21,074 bases of DNA from Candidatus Micrarchaeota archaeon (GTDB taxonomy: Archaea > Micrarchaeota > Micrarchaeia > Norongarragalinales > UBA8480), in contig JAZDHP010000021.1 of the NCBI GenBank assembly GCA_043805855.1, positions 1-21,074 of the forward strand, read 5' to 3'. The notes under the pieces were generated by a model. It was not told where the DNA came from and ran no database searches. It saw only the letters and a program-made list of their open reading frames with translations. The position numbers and the translations under genes are program-made. Shown one piece after another: positions 1 through 7,947 of this stretch (positions are counted from its first letter, which is position 1; the number at the start of each line of letters is the position of its first letter).

Positions 1-1148
1 GCTTCTTTTTTTAGTATTTCTGCTTTGTCTGTTTTTTCCCAAGTGAAGTCTGGGTCGTTGCGGCCAAAGTGGCCGTAAGCTGCGGTTTTTTGGTAAATTG
101 GACGCTTTAAATTTAAGTGTTCAATTATTTGCTTTGGCCTGAAGTCAAAATGTTTTAAGACAAGTTCCACTATTTTATCATCTGGTATTTTGCCAGTTCC
201 AAACGTATTTACAAAAATGCCAAGTGGCTGTGCAATTCCAATTGCATAAGATACTTGCAATTCACATTTATCGGCAAGTCCAGCTGCGACGATGTTCTTA
301 GCAACGTAGCGTGCCATGTATGCGCCGGACCGGTCAACTTTTGTAATGCATTTTCCGGAAAACGCCCCGCCGCCATGCGCGCCTACCCCGCCGTAAGTGT
401 CGACAATTATCTTCCTGCCAGTTAAACCCGCATCTCCAGGCGGCCCTCCAATGACGAACCTGCCAGTTGAGTTGATAAAATACTTAGTGTTTTCGTCAAT
501 CCAATCTCCGCAAATTGGTTTTATTACTTTTTCTTTTATATCGTTTCTAAGTTTTGCCATTTCTACATCTGCAGAGTGATGAGCAGCAATTACAATAGCT
601 TCAATTCTCTTTGCTTTGCCATTCTCATATTCTAGCGTTACTTGTGATTTTCCATCTGGACGCAAATAGGGCAAAGTCCCGTTTTTTCTAACGTCTGCTA
701 GTTTTTTAGTTAATCTATGTGCGAGCATAATTGGCAATGGCATTAATTCCGGTGTTTCATTACATGCATATCCAAACATTAGTCCTTGGTCGCCAGCGCC
801 TTGTTCTTTATCATCTCCTTTTCCTTCATCAACACCAATAGCAATATCTGGAGATTGTTCGTGCAGCGTAACTATTACGCCAACGTCGTCACAACAGAAA
901 CCATATTCTGATTTGTCATAACCGATTTTTTTCAGTGTTTGCCTTACAACATCTTGAATGTTAACGTATGAGGTTGTTCTAGCTTCTCCTCCGACTAAAA
1001 CCAAACCAGTAGTACAAAACGTTTCTATGCCTGCATGTGCATCTGGATCCTGTTTTAACATTTCGTCATAAATTCCATCTGAAATTTGATCGCAAATTTT
1101 ATCTGGATGACCCTCAGTTACTGATTCAGATGTAAAATAATACTTCAT
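1..1148 (-). CDS. metK: S-adenosylmethionine synthetase, bacterial/eukaryotic type (3' end runs off the window)
   Basis: Translated by hand because it is absent from the ORF track. ATG at 1148 gives [24 protein letters not shown], then [31 protein letters not shown] and [21 protein letters not shown]-like motif lies upstream. Confidence 0.97.
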   Translation of the reverse strand, partial: MKYYFTSESVTEGHPDKICDQISDGIYDEMLKQDPDAHAGIETFCTTGLVLVGGEARTTSYVNIQDVVRQTLKKIGYDKSEYGFCCDDVGVIVTLHEQSPDIAIGVDEGKGDDKEQGAGDQGLMFGYACNETPELMPLPIMLAHRLTKKLADVRKNGTLPYLRPDGKSQVTLEYENGKAKRIEAIVIAAHHSADVEMAKLRNDIKEKVIKPICGDWIDENTKYFINSTGRFVIGGPPGDAGLTGRKIIVDTYGGVGAHGGGAFSGKCITKVDRSGAYMARYVAKNIVAAGLADKCELQVSYAIGIAQPLGIFVNTFGTGKIPDDKIVELVLKHFDFRPKQIIEHLNLKRPIYQKTAAYGHFGRNDPDFTWEKTDKAEILKKE

Positions 1149-1216
1149 AACAAACCCCTCTTAAAAGTTTAATGAAATAATTGTGAACAAATACCTTTAA
1201 AAATATTTAGGCGTAT

Positions 1217-1226
1217 AGAATATTCT
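1217..1226. promoter_or_regulatory. Perfect palindrome AGAATATTCT, candidate operator in the metK / HTH-CBS divergent promoter
   Basis: 10-bp palindrome ending 2 nt before ATG 1228. TATA-like TTTAAAAATA at about 1196-1205. Confidence 0.35.
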
Positions 1227-1227
1227 T

Positions 1228-1776
1228 ATGGGAATTAACAATTTGCCGCTTCCATCTGAACTTAAACGCGCGCGGAAACAAGCCGAGTTAACGCAAGTGC
1301 AGCTCTCTAATCTTTCCAACGTTTCGCAATCAGTAATTGCAAAGATTGAAAATGGAAAAGTTGACCCGGCGTATTCAACTGTTTTGAAATTATTTGAGGT
1401 TTTGGAAAAAACCAATAAGAAAGTTAAACTCGTGAAAGACGTAATGCACCGTAATCTAGTTGTGGTTTCTCCATCTGATTTGATTTTAATTGCATCAAGA
1501 CAAATGAAAAAGTTCGGCGTGTCGCAATTGCCAGTTGTCTCTAAGGGTAAATTAATTGGGCTTATCAGCGAATCTGATATCTTATCAGCCGTTGAAAAAA
1601 ATAAAACTAATCTTAAAGTTAGCGACGTTATTTCGCCCGCGCCGCCAGTTGTAAGTTCAACTGTTCCAGCTTCTGCGTTGCCGGTAGTTTTACGCTTTTC
1701 TCCAATTGTGTGTGTAGTTGACAACAATAAACTCGTTGGAGTTGTTACTCGCTCTGATTTACTAACTGTTTTTTAA
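1228..1776 (+). CDS. XRE-type HTH transcriptional regulator with C-terminal CBS pair (COG3620-like)
   Basis: HTH LKRARKQAELTQVQLSNLSNVSQSVIAKIENGKVDP, followed by two CBS motifs (VSQLPVV..GLISESDIL; LVGVVTRSDLL). Confidence 0.92.
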   Translation: MGINNLPLPSELKRARKQAELTQVQLSNLSNVSQSVIAKIENGKVDPAYSTVLKLFEVLEKTNKKVKLVKDVMHRNLVVVSPSDLILIASRQMKKFGVSQLPVVSKGKLIGLISESDILSAVEKNKTNLKVSDVISPAPPVVSSTVPASALPVVLRFSPIVCVVDNNKLVGVVTRSDLLTVF

Positions 1777-1797
1777 CAACTGTGACGTAATTGTTTT

Positions 1798-2382
1798 ATG
1801 AAAAGCGACCACGTTGAACTCGCGAAATCGTTCATTTTTGGTATAGTTGTAATTTTGATTACTTTGTGGGCAATTGAAGCGGTTTCAGTTTTTGCTCCTT
1901 CTATTTACGGCGACGCAAAGGCGACAATTTCACAATGGGGCGCGCCCGGCGTTTTCGTTGGTGTTTTTCTTGGTTCAACACTCTTGCCCTTTCCAACTGA
2001 CTTGTTTTACATAACTGCAGTTAACTTAGCACAGTCAACTAATGACAAAATTGTAATGTTTGTAATTGCGCTTATTGCAGGGGTAATTGGCGCAATGGTC
2101 AACTATTGGCTTGCGCGCGTGTTTCGCGAGAAATTTGTGCATAACTTTGTTTCAGAACAACAACTAGCTGAAGCCAAGCGTTGGTTTGACAAATACGGTC
2201 CGTATCCGATTTTAATTTTTGGCATTTTCCCAGCATCTCCAGTTTTCGATCCAATAACTTTCATTGCAGGACTCACTGGAATGGACTTTAAAGAATTTTC
2301 CGTCTTTGCAATTGCCTCACGTGCAATTCACTTTGCGCTACTAGCATTAATAGCGAGTAACGCGGGGTTAATTCCTTTTTAA
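1798..2382 (+). CDS. DedA/VTT (SNARE-associated) family membrane protein
   Basis: LPFPTD, GAMVNYWLAR, WFDKYG and DPITFIAGLTGM..F motifs; several hydrophobic helices. Confidence 0.85.
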   Translation: MKSDHVELAKSFIFGIVVILITLWAIEAVSVFAPSIYGDAKATISQWGAPGVFVGVFLGSTLLPFPTDLFYITAVNLAQSTNDKIVMFVIALIAGVIGAMVNYWLARVFREKFVHNFVSEQQLAEAKRWFDKYGPYPILIFGIFPASPVFDPITFIAGLTGMDFKEFSVFAIASRAIHFALLALIASNAGLIPF

Positions 2383-2409
2383 AGGGGTTTCCCCTTTTTT
2401 ACTTTTTTT
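2381..2409 (+). terminator. Hairpin plus oligo-T terminator
   Basis: AAAGGGG-TTT-CCCCTTT followed by T runs immediately at the stop codon. Confidence 0.6.
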
Positions 2410-2465
2410 ATGCTAGCTCGTAATTTAGTAAGGTTTATATACCTAAAGTTCTTTTTTTTTACAAG

Positions 2466-3110
2466 GTGAGTTTAAACTTGGTAGATAAAAAAATAATTGG
2501 AATCTTTTCGATTTTCCTGCTTTTTGCATTGGTAGGCGCTTCGCGCTTGCCAACTGTAAGTGGGGATTTAGACGCCTGGGGGACAGTTTTGAACGACTAT
2601 CTTTCAGTTTCTCTCGACGCTAGTGGGTATATAAGAAATGCAAGCGTTAACACTACGTATATTGCTTTGAGTAATATTACTGAAGGTTTAATGGGACCTT
2701 TGGCAGTTAATACCACGCACATTCGTTTGAGTAACATTACAGCTGGTTTAATTGCACCTTCTGCAATTAATTTGACACATTTGGCGACTGCAGTTCTTAA
2801 TAAGTCACTTAATGCTAGTAACTTAACTGTAGCTAACTTTACAATTAACTCCACACTTGGAACGTCCATAACTGGCTTGCAAATTGGAATTGGAACTTGT
2901 AATACGGCAGTAAGTTTTCCAGTTGTTTTCCAATTTATACCTACTGTGTTTTGTAATACAGTTAACATAACTGCGGGTGGTTTAGGCTCGTCATGTTCTC
3001 CGGGAGTACCTACAGTTACTGGTTTCACTCCATATTGCACAATGAATGGAGTTGGTGCTGCGGAAACTACTAACAAAACCAATTGGATTGCTATAGCTAG
3101 GATGGCTTAG
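2466..3110 (+). CDS. Secreted surface or fibre-like glycoprotein with 20-aa repeats and a tail-fibre/H-type-lectin-like C-terminus (start possibly TTG 2478)
   Basis: Signal peptide, 13 N-x-S/T sequons, and C-terminal FPVVFQFIPTVF...TGFT...NWIAI. TATA box TTTATATA at 2434-2441 and AGGTGA SD at 2464-2469. Confidence 0.65.
   Translation: MSLNLVDKKIIGIFSIFLLFALVGASRLPTVSGDLDAWGTVLNDYLSVSLDASGYIRNASVNTTYIALSNITEGLMGPLAVNTTHIRLSNITAGLIAPSAINLTHLATAVLNKSLNASNLTVANFTINSTLGTSITGLQIGIGTCNTAVSFPVVFQFIPTVFCNTVNITAGGLGSSCSPGVPTVTGFTPYCTMNGVGAAETTNKTNWIAIARMA
2646..2786 (+). repeat. Intragenic 60-nt (20-aa) tandem repeat, about 2.3 copies
   Basis: VNTTYIALSNITEGLMGPLA / VNTTHIRLSNITAGLIAPSA / INLTHLA. 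Confidence 0.85.
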
Positions 3111-3146
3111 GTTTTTTCCATGGTAACTATAAATAAGGTGAAACAC

Positions 3147-3842
3147 ATGCGTTGGTTTTCTTTACTTTTTGCTTTTGTTTTCCTAGCTTCAACTTTAGTT
3201 GCAGCGGGTAACTATGGCGTAAGGTATTACGATAAAGGCGTGTATGGAGTTGGCTCGCCTCCAGCTTTTGACTACAGCGGAAGCCCAGCCGCAACAGCTG
3301 CTGCAAGCGCTGCTGCTAATGCTTTAATTGCATCTGGTGGCATAACTTGGACAAACACTACTGTGTTAACTACTAATGCGGCTAGTGTGGCTGCTTTGGA
3401 AAGTTCTTCAGGGTATTCTGCTAGTATTGCGTCATCTCAACGTATTGAATTTACAGTTGGTGAAGAAACTCACCATGTTGGGGTAATTAGTGTAAACGCG
3501 ACAATGGCTACTATTTTAATTCAAAGTACGCCGTTAAGTGTTACTCTTGCAATTGGCGAAAGCGCGCAGTTTGACTTGAACGACGACAGCACTGATGACC
3601 TCTATGTTAAGCTTTTGGGTATAAACAACTCAATTGCTAATTTAGTGATTAAGAAAATCAATCTAGAGGCAGCGGCGCCGGAAAGCGAAGAAGTTGAAAG
3701 CGACAACGCAACTGCAGGTACGGTTGGTGGAACTGAATCAACTGGCGAGAGCAAAGCAGATGAATTGCCATGGCTTCCAATAGTGGGAGTGATTGTAATT
3801 CTAGTTGTGCTTTACTTCGTGTTCGTTAAGTCAAAACGCTAA
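3147..3842 (+). CDS. Cell-surface protein with signal peptide and C-terminal membrane anchor
   Basis: AGGTGA SD before ATG 3147 (the ORF is open from 3120). Signal peptide, acidic linker, and C-terminal TM helix followed by KSKR. Confidence 0.75.
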   Translation: MRWFSLLFAFVFLASTLVAAGNYGVRYYDKGVYGVGSPPAFDYSGSPAATAAASAAANALIASGGITWTNTTVLTTNAASVAALESSSGYSASIASSQRIEFTVGEETHHVGVISVNATMATILIQSTPLSVTLAIGESAQFDLNDDSTDDLYVKLLGINNSIANLVIKKINLEAAAPESEEVESDNATAGTVGGTESTGESKADELPWLPIVGVIVILVVLYFVFVKSKR

Positions 3843-3856
3843 AAGGGAAACCAAAC

Positions 3857-3886
3857 TTTTCTTTTTTTTTCTTTTCTTCTTTTTTT
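3857..3886 (+). terminator. Oligo-T/pyrimidine tract, archaeal-type terminator
   Basis: About 30 nt of T/C immediately after the stop at 3842. Confidence 0.55.
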
Positions 3887-3910
3887 ATAATCCTTTACTT
3901 TTTAGCCGGT

Positions 3911-3949
3911 TTAGAACCATTTTTTCAATTGCGATTGATTTGAGTCTTC
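3911..3949 (-). repeat. Synonymously recoded duplicate of the fen1 3' end (EDSNQSQLKKWF*)
   Basis: GAA GAC TCA AAT CAA TCG CAA TTG AAA AAA TGG TTC TAA versus fen1 3992-4030 GAA GAT AGT AAT CAA TCA CAG TTA AAG AAA TGG TTC TAA. 31/39 nt identical, same peptide. Confidence 0.95.
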
Positions 3950-3982
3950 CAAAGGCCGCCACCGACGGCCTTTGAAACCTCT
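3950..3982. repeat. GC-rich hairpin element, also found in tRNA-Ser intron 1
   Basis: CAAAGGCCG-ccaccga-CGGCCTTTG (9-bp stem) followed by AAACCTCT. Confidence 0.8.
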
Positions 3983-3991
3983 AGAACCGAA

Positions 3992-5023
3992 TTAGAACCA
4001 TTTCTTTAACTGTGATTGATTACTATCTTCAGGGTCCTTGAACGCTCTTTTGAGTGAAGATTCTACTCTTTCTTTTGAAAACTCGTGTTCTTCTACCATT
4101 AGTTTGAAAATCTCTTCGCGCTGTGGTGGCTCGCGTTGTTTTAAAGTATCTTTGTCGACTTCGACGACGTTTGGGTGCATGAACAAGTCGTAAACTTCTT
4201 TCCATTGCATTTCTTTTCCAATTTCTTGCAAGATGCTGTCAAAATTAGTGTGCTGTGTATCCTGCGCTAACTTCAATGCTTTTTTTGGCCCGATGCCGTA
4301 AATGCCTTCGTTGAAGTCAGTGCCGTTAAGGAGGCCAATCCAGATGAGTTTTTCGCGTGTTATGTTTAATTTTTGCAAGCTTTCCTCGAGGTTAATTTCT
4401 TCTGGTTTTACTTCCATTGTCATATTTCTGCGGGGTATTTTCTTTTTTCCTGCAATTGTCAAATTGCGTACTAGTATAGGCGTGCCGAACAATAGTGTGT
4501 CGTAATCCTGCGACGCAGCTGCGTCTACAATTCCTTGCTGCGCCATTGCTGCGCATTGTGCTTCTCCTTCTCCTGGAGCTTGTACCCAGGGCACGCCCAT
4601 GATTGTTAGTAATTGTTTGCTCTGTTCTATTTCTACGCTTCCGAGCTTTGCTGTTCGTTGCGCTAGTGCCCCCGCTCGTTCAATATCGCCTTCTTTAATC
4701 GCCTCTAGGCGTTGCAATTCAGCGTGTTTTTTCACGGCTGCGCGTTCTTCTAGTGTTCTTTTTTTTAAGTCGCTTGGTTTGCCGTCAAAAACGTAAACTG
4801 GTTTTATTCCTTTTTCCATTAAACTACAAGTGCGGTAGAACAAACCACTCAAGTGGCTTGTTATTCTCCCATGTGAGTCCATTAATGGTGTGCCGTCTGG
4901 CTGGCGGATAATTGTAATAAATTGATAAAGTGTGTTAAACGCGTCTATTGCTAGGCGTTTGCCAGCTAGTGCTTCGAGTGTAGTTTCTCGTTTTTGCAAA
5001 ATGCTTCCAATGTCAACGCCCAT
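3992..5023 (-). CDS. fen: Flap endonuclease 1
   Basis: MGVDIG, AIDAFNTLYQF..IRQPDGTPLMD, YVFDG, EGEAQ, SQDYD, GTDFN, GIGPKKAL; C-terminal PIP box QSQLKKWF. Confidence 0.98.
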   Translation of the reverse strand: MGVDIGSILQKRETTLEALAGKRLAIDAFNTLYQFITIIRQPDGTPLMDSHGRITSHLSGLFYRTCSLMEKGIKPVYVFDGKPSDLKKRTLEERAAVKKHAELQRLEAIKEGDIERAGALAQRTAKLGSVEIEQSKQLLTIMGVPWVQAPGEGEAQCAAMAQQGIVDAAASQDYDTLLFGTPILVRNLTIAGKKKIPRRNMTMEVKPEEINLEESLQKLNITREKLIWIGLLNGTDFNEGIYGIGPKKALKLAQDTQHTNFDSILQEIGKEMQWKEVYDLFMHPNVVEVDKDTLKQREPPQREEIFKLMVEEHEFSKERVESSLKRAFKDPEDSNQSQLKKWF

Positions 5024-5025
5024 AT

Positions 5026-5337
5026 TTAATCACGATAACTGTGATATGTTGCTATTCCTATTTTTTGTGCTAGTTCATCTGCGAATCTTTTCAATGATTG
5101 TGTTCGGCCATCATGTTCGTCAAAGTTATGCATAACAAAAAGAGTTCCTGACTCTCGTTGCACCCATCCTAAAATCGGTTTACGCGCGGTTGTATCATGA
5201 ATGTGGCATCTTTCGTCTCCAGTTTGTTTTCCTTTTGTCAACTGGTGTTTTTTCAACAGTGAAGCTCCCTCTCTATTAACTAGGAATTGATGCAGCTCTT
5301 CTTGACTTTTTACTTCTCTAGCTTCCATTTTACTCAT
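5026..5337 (-). CDS. Orphan protein, family A (paralog of 7560-7904)
   Basis: Fills the gap and stops 2 nt before the fen1 start; TATA-like TTTTTATTA about 25 nt upstream; shares motifs with the 7560 ORF. Confidence 0.7.
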   Translation of the reverse strand: MSKMEAREVKSQEELHQFLVNREGASLLKKHQLTKGKQTGDERCHIHDTTARKPILGWVQRESGTLFVMHNFDEHDGRTQSLKRFADELAQKIGIATYHSYRD

Positions 5338-5389
5338 TAACCTTAGGGTAACAAACGTAATAAAAACTTGTATTTGCTAATATTTGCTT

Positions 5390-5848
5390 ATGGCTTCTTG
5401 TGATATTTGTGGTCGACCAGCAGGTTTACGCGCAGTTGTAGAAGGCGCCGAGATGGACGTGTGCAGTGCATGCAGTCGCTACGGTAAATTATTGAACATG
5501 TCGCGTGATTCACCTTCAATTAGTTTAAACTCAGCGCCGTTGCCACAACAGCAAGAAATTGAACTTGTTAATAATTATGGAAAGTTAATTTTCAACGTAC
5601 GCAATGCGCTTGGTTTGTCGCTTGAAGAGCTTGGTCGTAAGTTAAATATTCGCGAGAAGGATTTGCTTCACTTTGAAGAAGAAAAAGCAAAGCCAACAGA
5701 GAAAGACGTTGCAAAAATAGGCGCTTTTCTAAGAATTAATTTGTTGAAAAACGTCGAGGTGCAAGAACAGAGTGGCAAAAAAGCATTCGCAAAAGGCTTG
5801 ACGCTTGGCGACGTGGTTGTAATTAAAGACAAGAGGGCAAAGAAATGA
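5390..5848 (+). CDS. mbf1: Archaeal multiprotein bridging factor 1 (Zn-ribbon + HTH)
   Basis: CDICG..VEGAEMDVCSACSRYGK, ELVNNYG, HTH, and C-terminal LTLGDVV. ATG 5390 preferred over TTG 5384. Confidence 0.93.
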   Translation: MASCDICGRPAGLRAVVEGAEMDVCSACSRYGKLLNMSRDSPSISLNSAPLPQQQEIELVNNYGKLIFNVRNALGLSLEELGRKLNIREKDLLHFEEEKAKPTEKDVAKIGAFLRINLLKNVEVQEQSGKKAFAKGLTLGDVVVIKDKRAKK

Positions 5849-7152
5849 AAGCAATTGAACTACTTGCCTTGCTTGGCTTTATTATTATTTTCTTCTACGC
5901 TGCGCTTTCAACGCTCCCTAATATTTTTAAAATTGTTCTAGTTGCAGCTACGCTTTTTGGAAGCGGCGCTATAATTGCGCGTCTTACAAAAACTGCAAAT
6001 TACTATGGTATGGTTATCCTAAAGGGAAAATACGGCTTAAAGGAAATGAAAATATGGTCGCAGAAATACGCTAAGGCTTTGCAAGGGTTTGTTGATTTGT
6101 GGCTTTCCCTCGGGTTTGGAGTATTTTATTCTTACTTTTTGTTTGGCAAGGATTTGAAAAAATTTGCTGTTCACTTGCTAATTTTGTTAGTTTTGTTCTT
6201 TGGGCTTAGCTTTACTTCAGTTGGGGTTGACAATTTATTCTTAATGCAACTTGCCGGCGTTTTTTTTGGACTAGCCGGAGCAGGAGTTATATCAATTGCG
6301 CTAAACGCGTTTGCAATATTTACAATTCCTAATACGCCTGCGGGAGTTATGCCCGTTGTGCCTGGTGTTACTGTGCCATTTGAAGCGATTTTTGCTTTAA
6401 TTTTCGTCGCAGTTGTCCACGAAGCGTCGCATGGTATTTTCTTCTTTGCAGAAAAGTTAAAAGTGAAAAACTCCGGGGTTGCATTGCTTGGGTTTATTCC
6501 AATTGGTGCGTTTGTAGAATCAGACGATAAGAGTTTCGAAAAGCACAACTTGCCAGGAAAACGCCGTATACTAGCGGCAGGCAGCGCGTCTAACTTTTAT
6601 TCAATGTTATTATTTTTACCGTTGTTAATAGCTTCATTTTCACTAGTTGGTACAGTTACCGCTGGAGTTTCAATTGCACAAATCACTGCGGGTTCTCCTG
6701 TAGATGGCGTGCTTTCCAACGGTGATGTAGTAATTGCGGTTAACGGCACTGCTACCAAAACCTTAACTCCGTTTGTGCAAACGCTTTCCGCCGCTAAGCC
6801 TGGAGAAATGGTTTCGCTTTCGCTGCTAAGTGGCAAAACGGTCAACGTTGTTTTAGACAGCAAAGGTAAGCTCGGCGTGCAAGTTGCTAATTATGTTGCG
6901 CCTGAAAATTCTTTTGTTTATAGTGTCTACTCGTTAATTGCTGAAATTTTAAAATGGGCAGTACTGTTCAGCTTGGGCTTAGCGGTTACTAATTTAATTC
7001 CGTTGTTTATCACTGACGGCCACCAGATTTTGCGCGGTGAGTTAAACGCTTTGTTCAAACATGACTTGCGCCTTGCAGGGCTGTTAACGAACGTAATTGG
7101 CGGGGTAATGCTTGCGCTGATACTTTTCAATTTATTGCCATTTCTAAAATAA
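5845..7152 (+). CDS. Site-2 protease (M50) with PDZ domain
   Basis: HEASH, IPIGAFVE, AAGSASN, a PDZ-like segment and NLIPLFITDG. ATGA overlap with mbf1. Confidence 0.93.
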   Translation: MKAIELLALLGFIIIFFYAALSTLPNIFKIVLVAATLFGSGAIIARLTKTANYYGMVILKGKYGLKEMKIWSQKYAKALQGFVDLWLSLGFGVFYSYFLFGKDLKKFAVHLLILLVLFFGLSFTSVGVDNLFLMQLAGVFFGLAGAGVISIALNAFAIFTIPNTPAGVMPVVPGVTVPFEAIFALIFVAVVHEASHGIFFFAEKLKVKNSGVALLGFIPIGAFVESDDKSFEKHNLPGKRRILAAGSASNFYSMLLFLPLLIASFSLVGTVTAGVSIAQITAGSPVDGVLSNGDVVIAVNGTATKTLTPFVQTLSAAKPGEMVSLSLLSGKTVNVVLDSKGKLGVQVANYVAPENSFVYSVYSLIAEILKWAVLFSLGLAVTNLIPLFITDGHQILRGELNALFKHDLRLAGLLTNVIGGVMLALILFNLLPFLK

Positions 7153-7180
7153 GTTTTATTTAGCGTTTTACTTTACTAAT

Positions 7181-7549
7181 TTATTTATTAGCTTCAACTA
7201 GCATAATCGCTTCGACAATGTCGCCATTAGCTTCTTCCAACACTTTTTCAGCAGCTTCTTTTGTACATTTGGCTTTTTCCATTACAATTTCAACATCGCT
7301 CTTATCCTTTTCGCGTGGTTGTGATTTTTCTCCCGTTTTGCTGTCACTTGCGGTTTCCTCGTGCATTTCGCCGCTGATTTGAAGCGTTTTTTGCCCACTC
7401 ATTTCCACTTGGGTAACCTGCGGGTTGTCAATAACTAAATTGCCTTCCTCGCGTTCTATAACAACTCGAGTTGCGGCTATTTCTGTGTTTTTAATGCCCA
7501 TTTGCTGCATTAACTTTTTCATCTGGCCGGGGTTCATTGAAGGAAACAT
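7181..7549 (-). CDS. nac: Nascent polypeptide-associated complex protein (archaeal NAC)
   Basis: MFPSMNPGQMKKLMQQMGI, IDNPQV..GQKTLQISG, and UBA-like DVEIVM..ANGDIVEAIM. ATG 7549 is the likely start. Confidence 0.95.
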   Translation of the reverse strand: MFPSMNPGQMKKLMQQMGIKNTEIAATRVVIEREEGNLVIDNPQVTQVEMSGQKTLQISGEMHEETASDSKTGEKSQPREKDKSDVEIVMEKAKCTKEAAEKVLEEANGDIVEAIMLVEANK

Positions 7550-7559
7550 TTTGTAAAAA

Positions 7560-7904
7560 TCACTTGTAATGTGTTTGGTGTTCAACGCTTCTAATGCGCG
7601 GTAATGCTCGCTGTAATGCTTCGCCTAATTGGCTTAAATGTGATTTCGCTGTATCGCCAGTATGGTTATGAACTTGCAGTTCTCCCTTTATCCCCATAGC
7701 TAAGTGCGCTACTTCTTGACCAGCTCCAAGCAAACCCTTGCGTATTAATACAATTCCGGGAACTTCAGAGGTTCCCTCGTTTGGGCGTAATAATATATCG
7801 CGAGAACGGCGGAAGCCATGCTGTGCTAAAAGTGCCCTTCCTGGGTCAGTGTCTAGATATCTTTTAAGGTCCGCACTTGTTACAATTGGATTTGTTCTTA
7901 CCAT
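7560..7904 (-). CDS. Orphan protein, family A (paralog of 5026-5337)
   Basis: Fills the gap directly upstream of nac; start is ATG 7904 or 7913; shares motifs with the 5026 ORF. Confidence 0.7.
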   Translation of the reverse strand: MVRTNPIVTSADLKRYLDTDPGRALLAQHGFRRSRDILLRPNEGTSEVPGIVLIRKGLLGAGQEVAHLAMGIKGELQVHNHTGDTAKSHLSQLGEALQRALPRIRSVEHQTHYK

Positions 7905-7947
7905 GTAAAGCATTTATTCTTGAATGCTTAAAACCTTTACTGTACAC

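Noticed and set aside
340..360. Intein in MetK at the unusual K-C junction
   Set aside because: The sequence continues directly into TKVDRS and the protein length is normal, so there is no insertion.
2466..3110. Prophage, based on the tail-fibre-like domain
   Set aside because: The protein has a signal peptide and sequons, and there are no capsid, terminase or integrase genes nearby.
3950..3994. Sec/Pyl recoding of the fen1 stop via the downstream hairpin
   Set aside because: The stop is TAA, not TGA or TAG, and FEN1 already ends at its canonical PIP box.
3911..4030. Diversity-generating retroelement VR/TR pair (repeat at a gene 3' end plus hairpin)
   Set aside because: The differences are synonymous and not adenine-specific, the repeat is only 39 nt, and there is no reverse transcriptase in the window.
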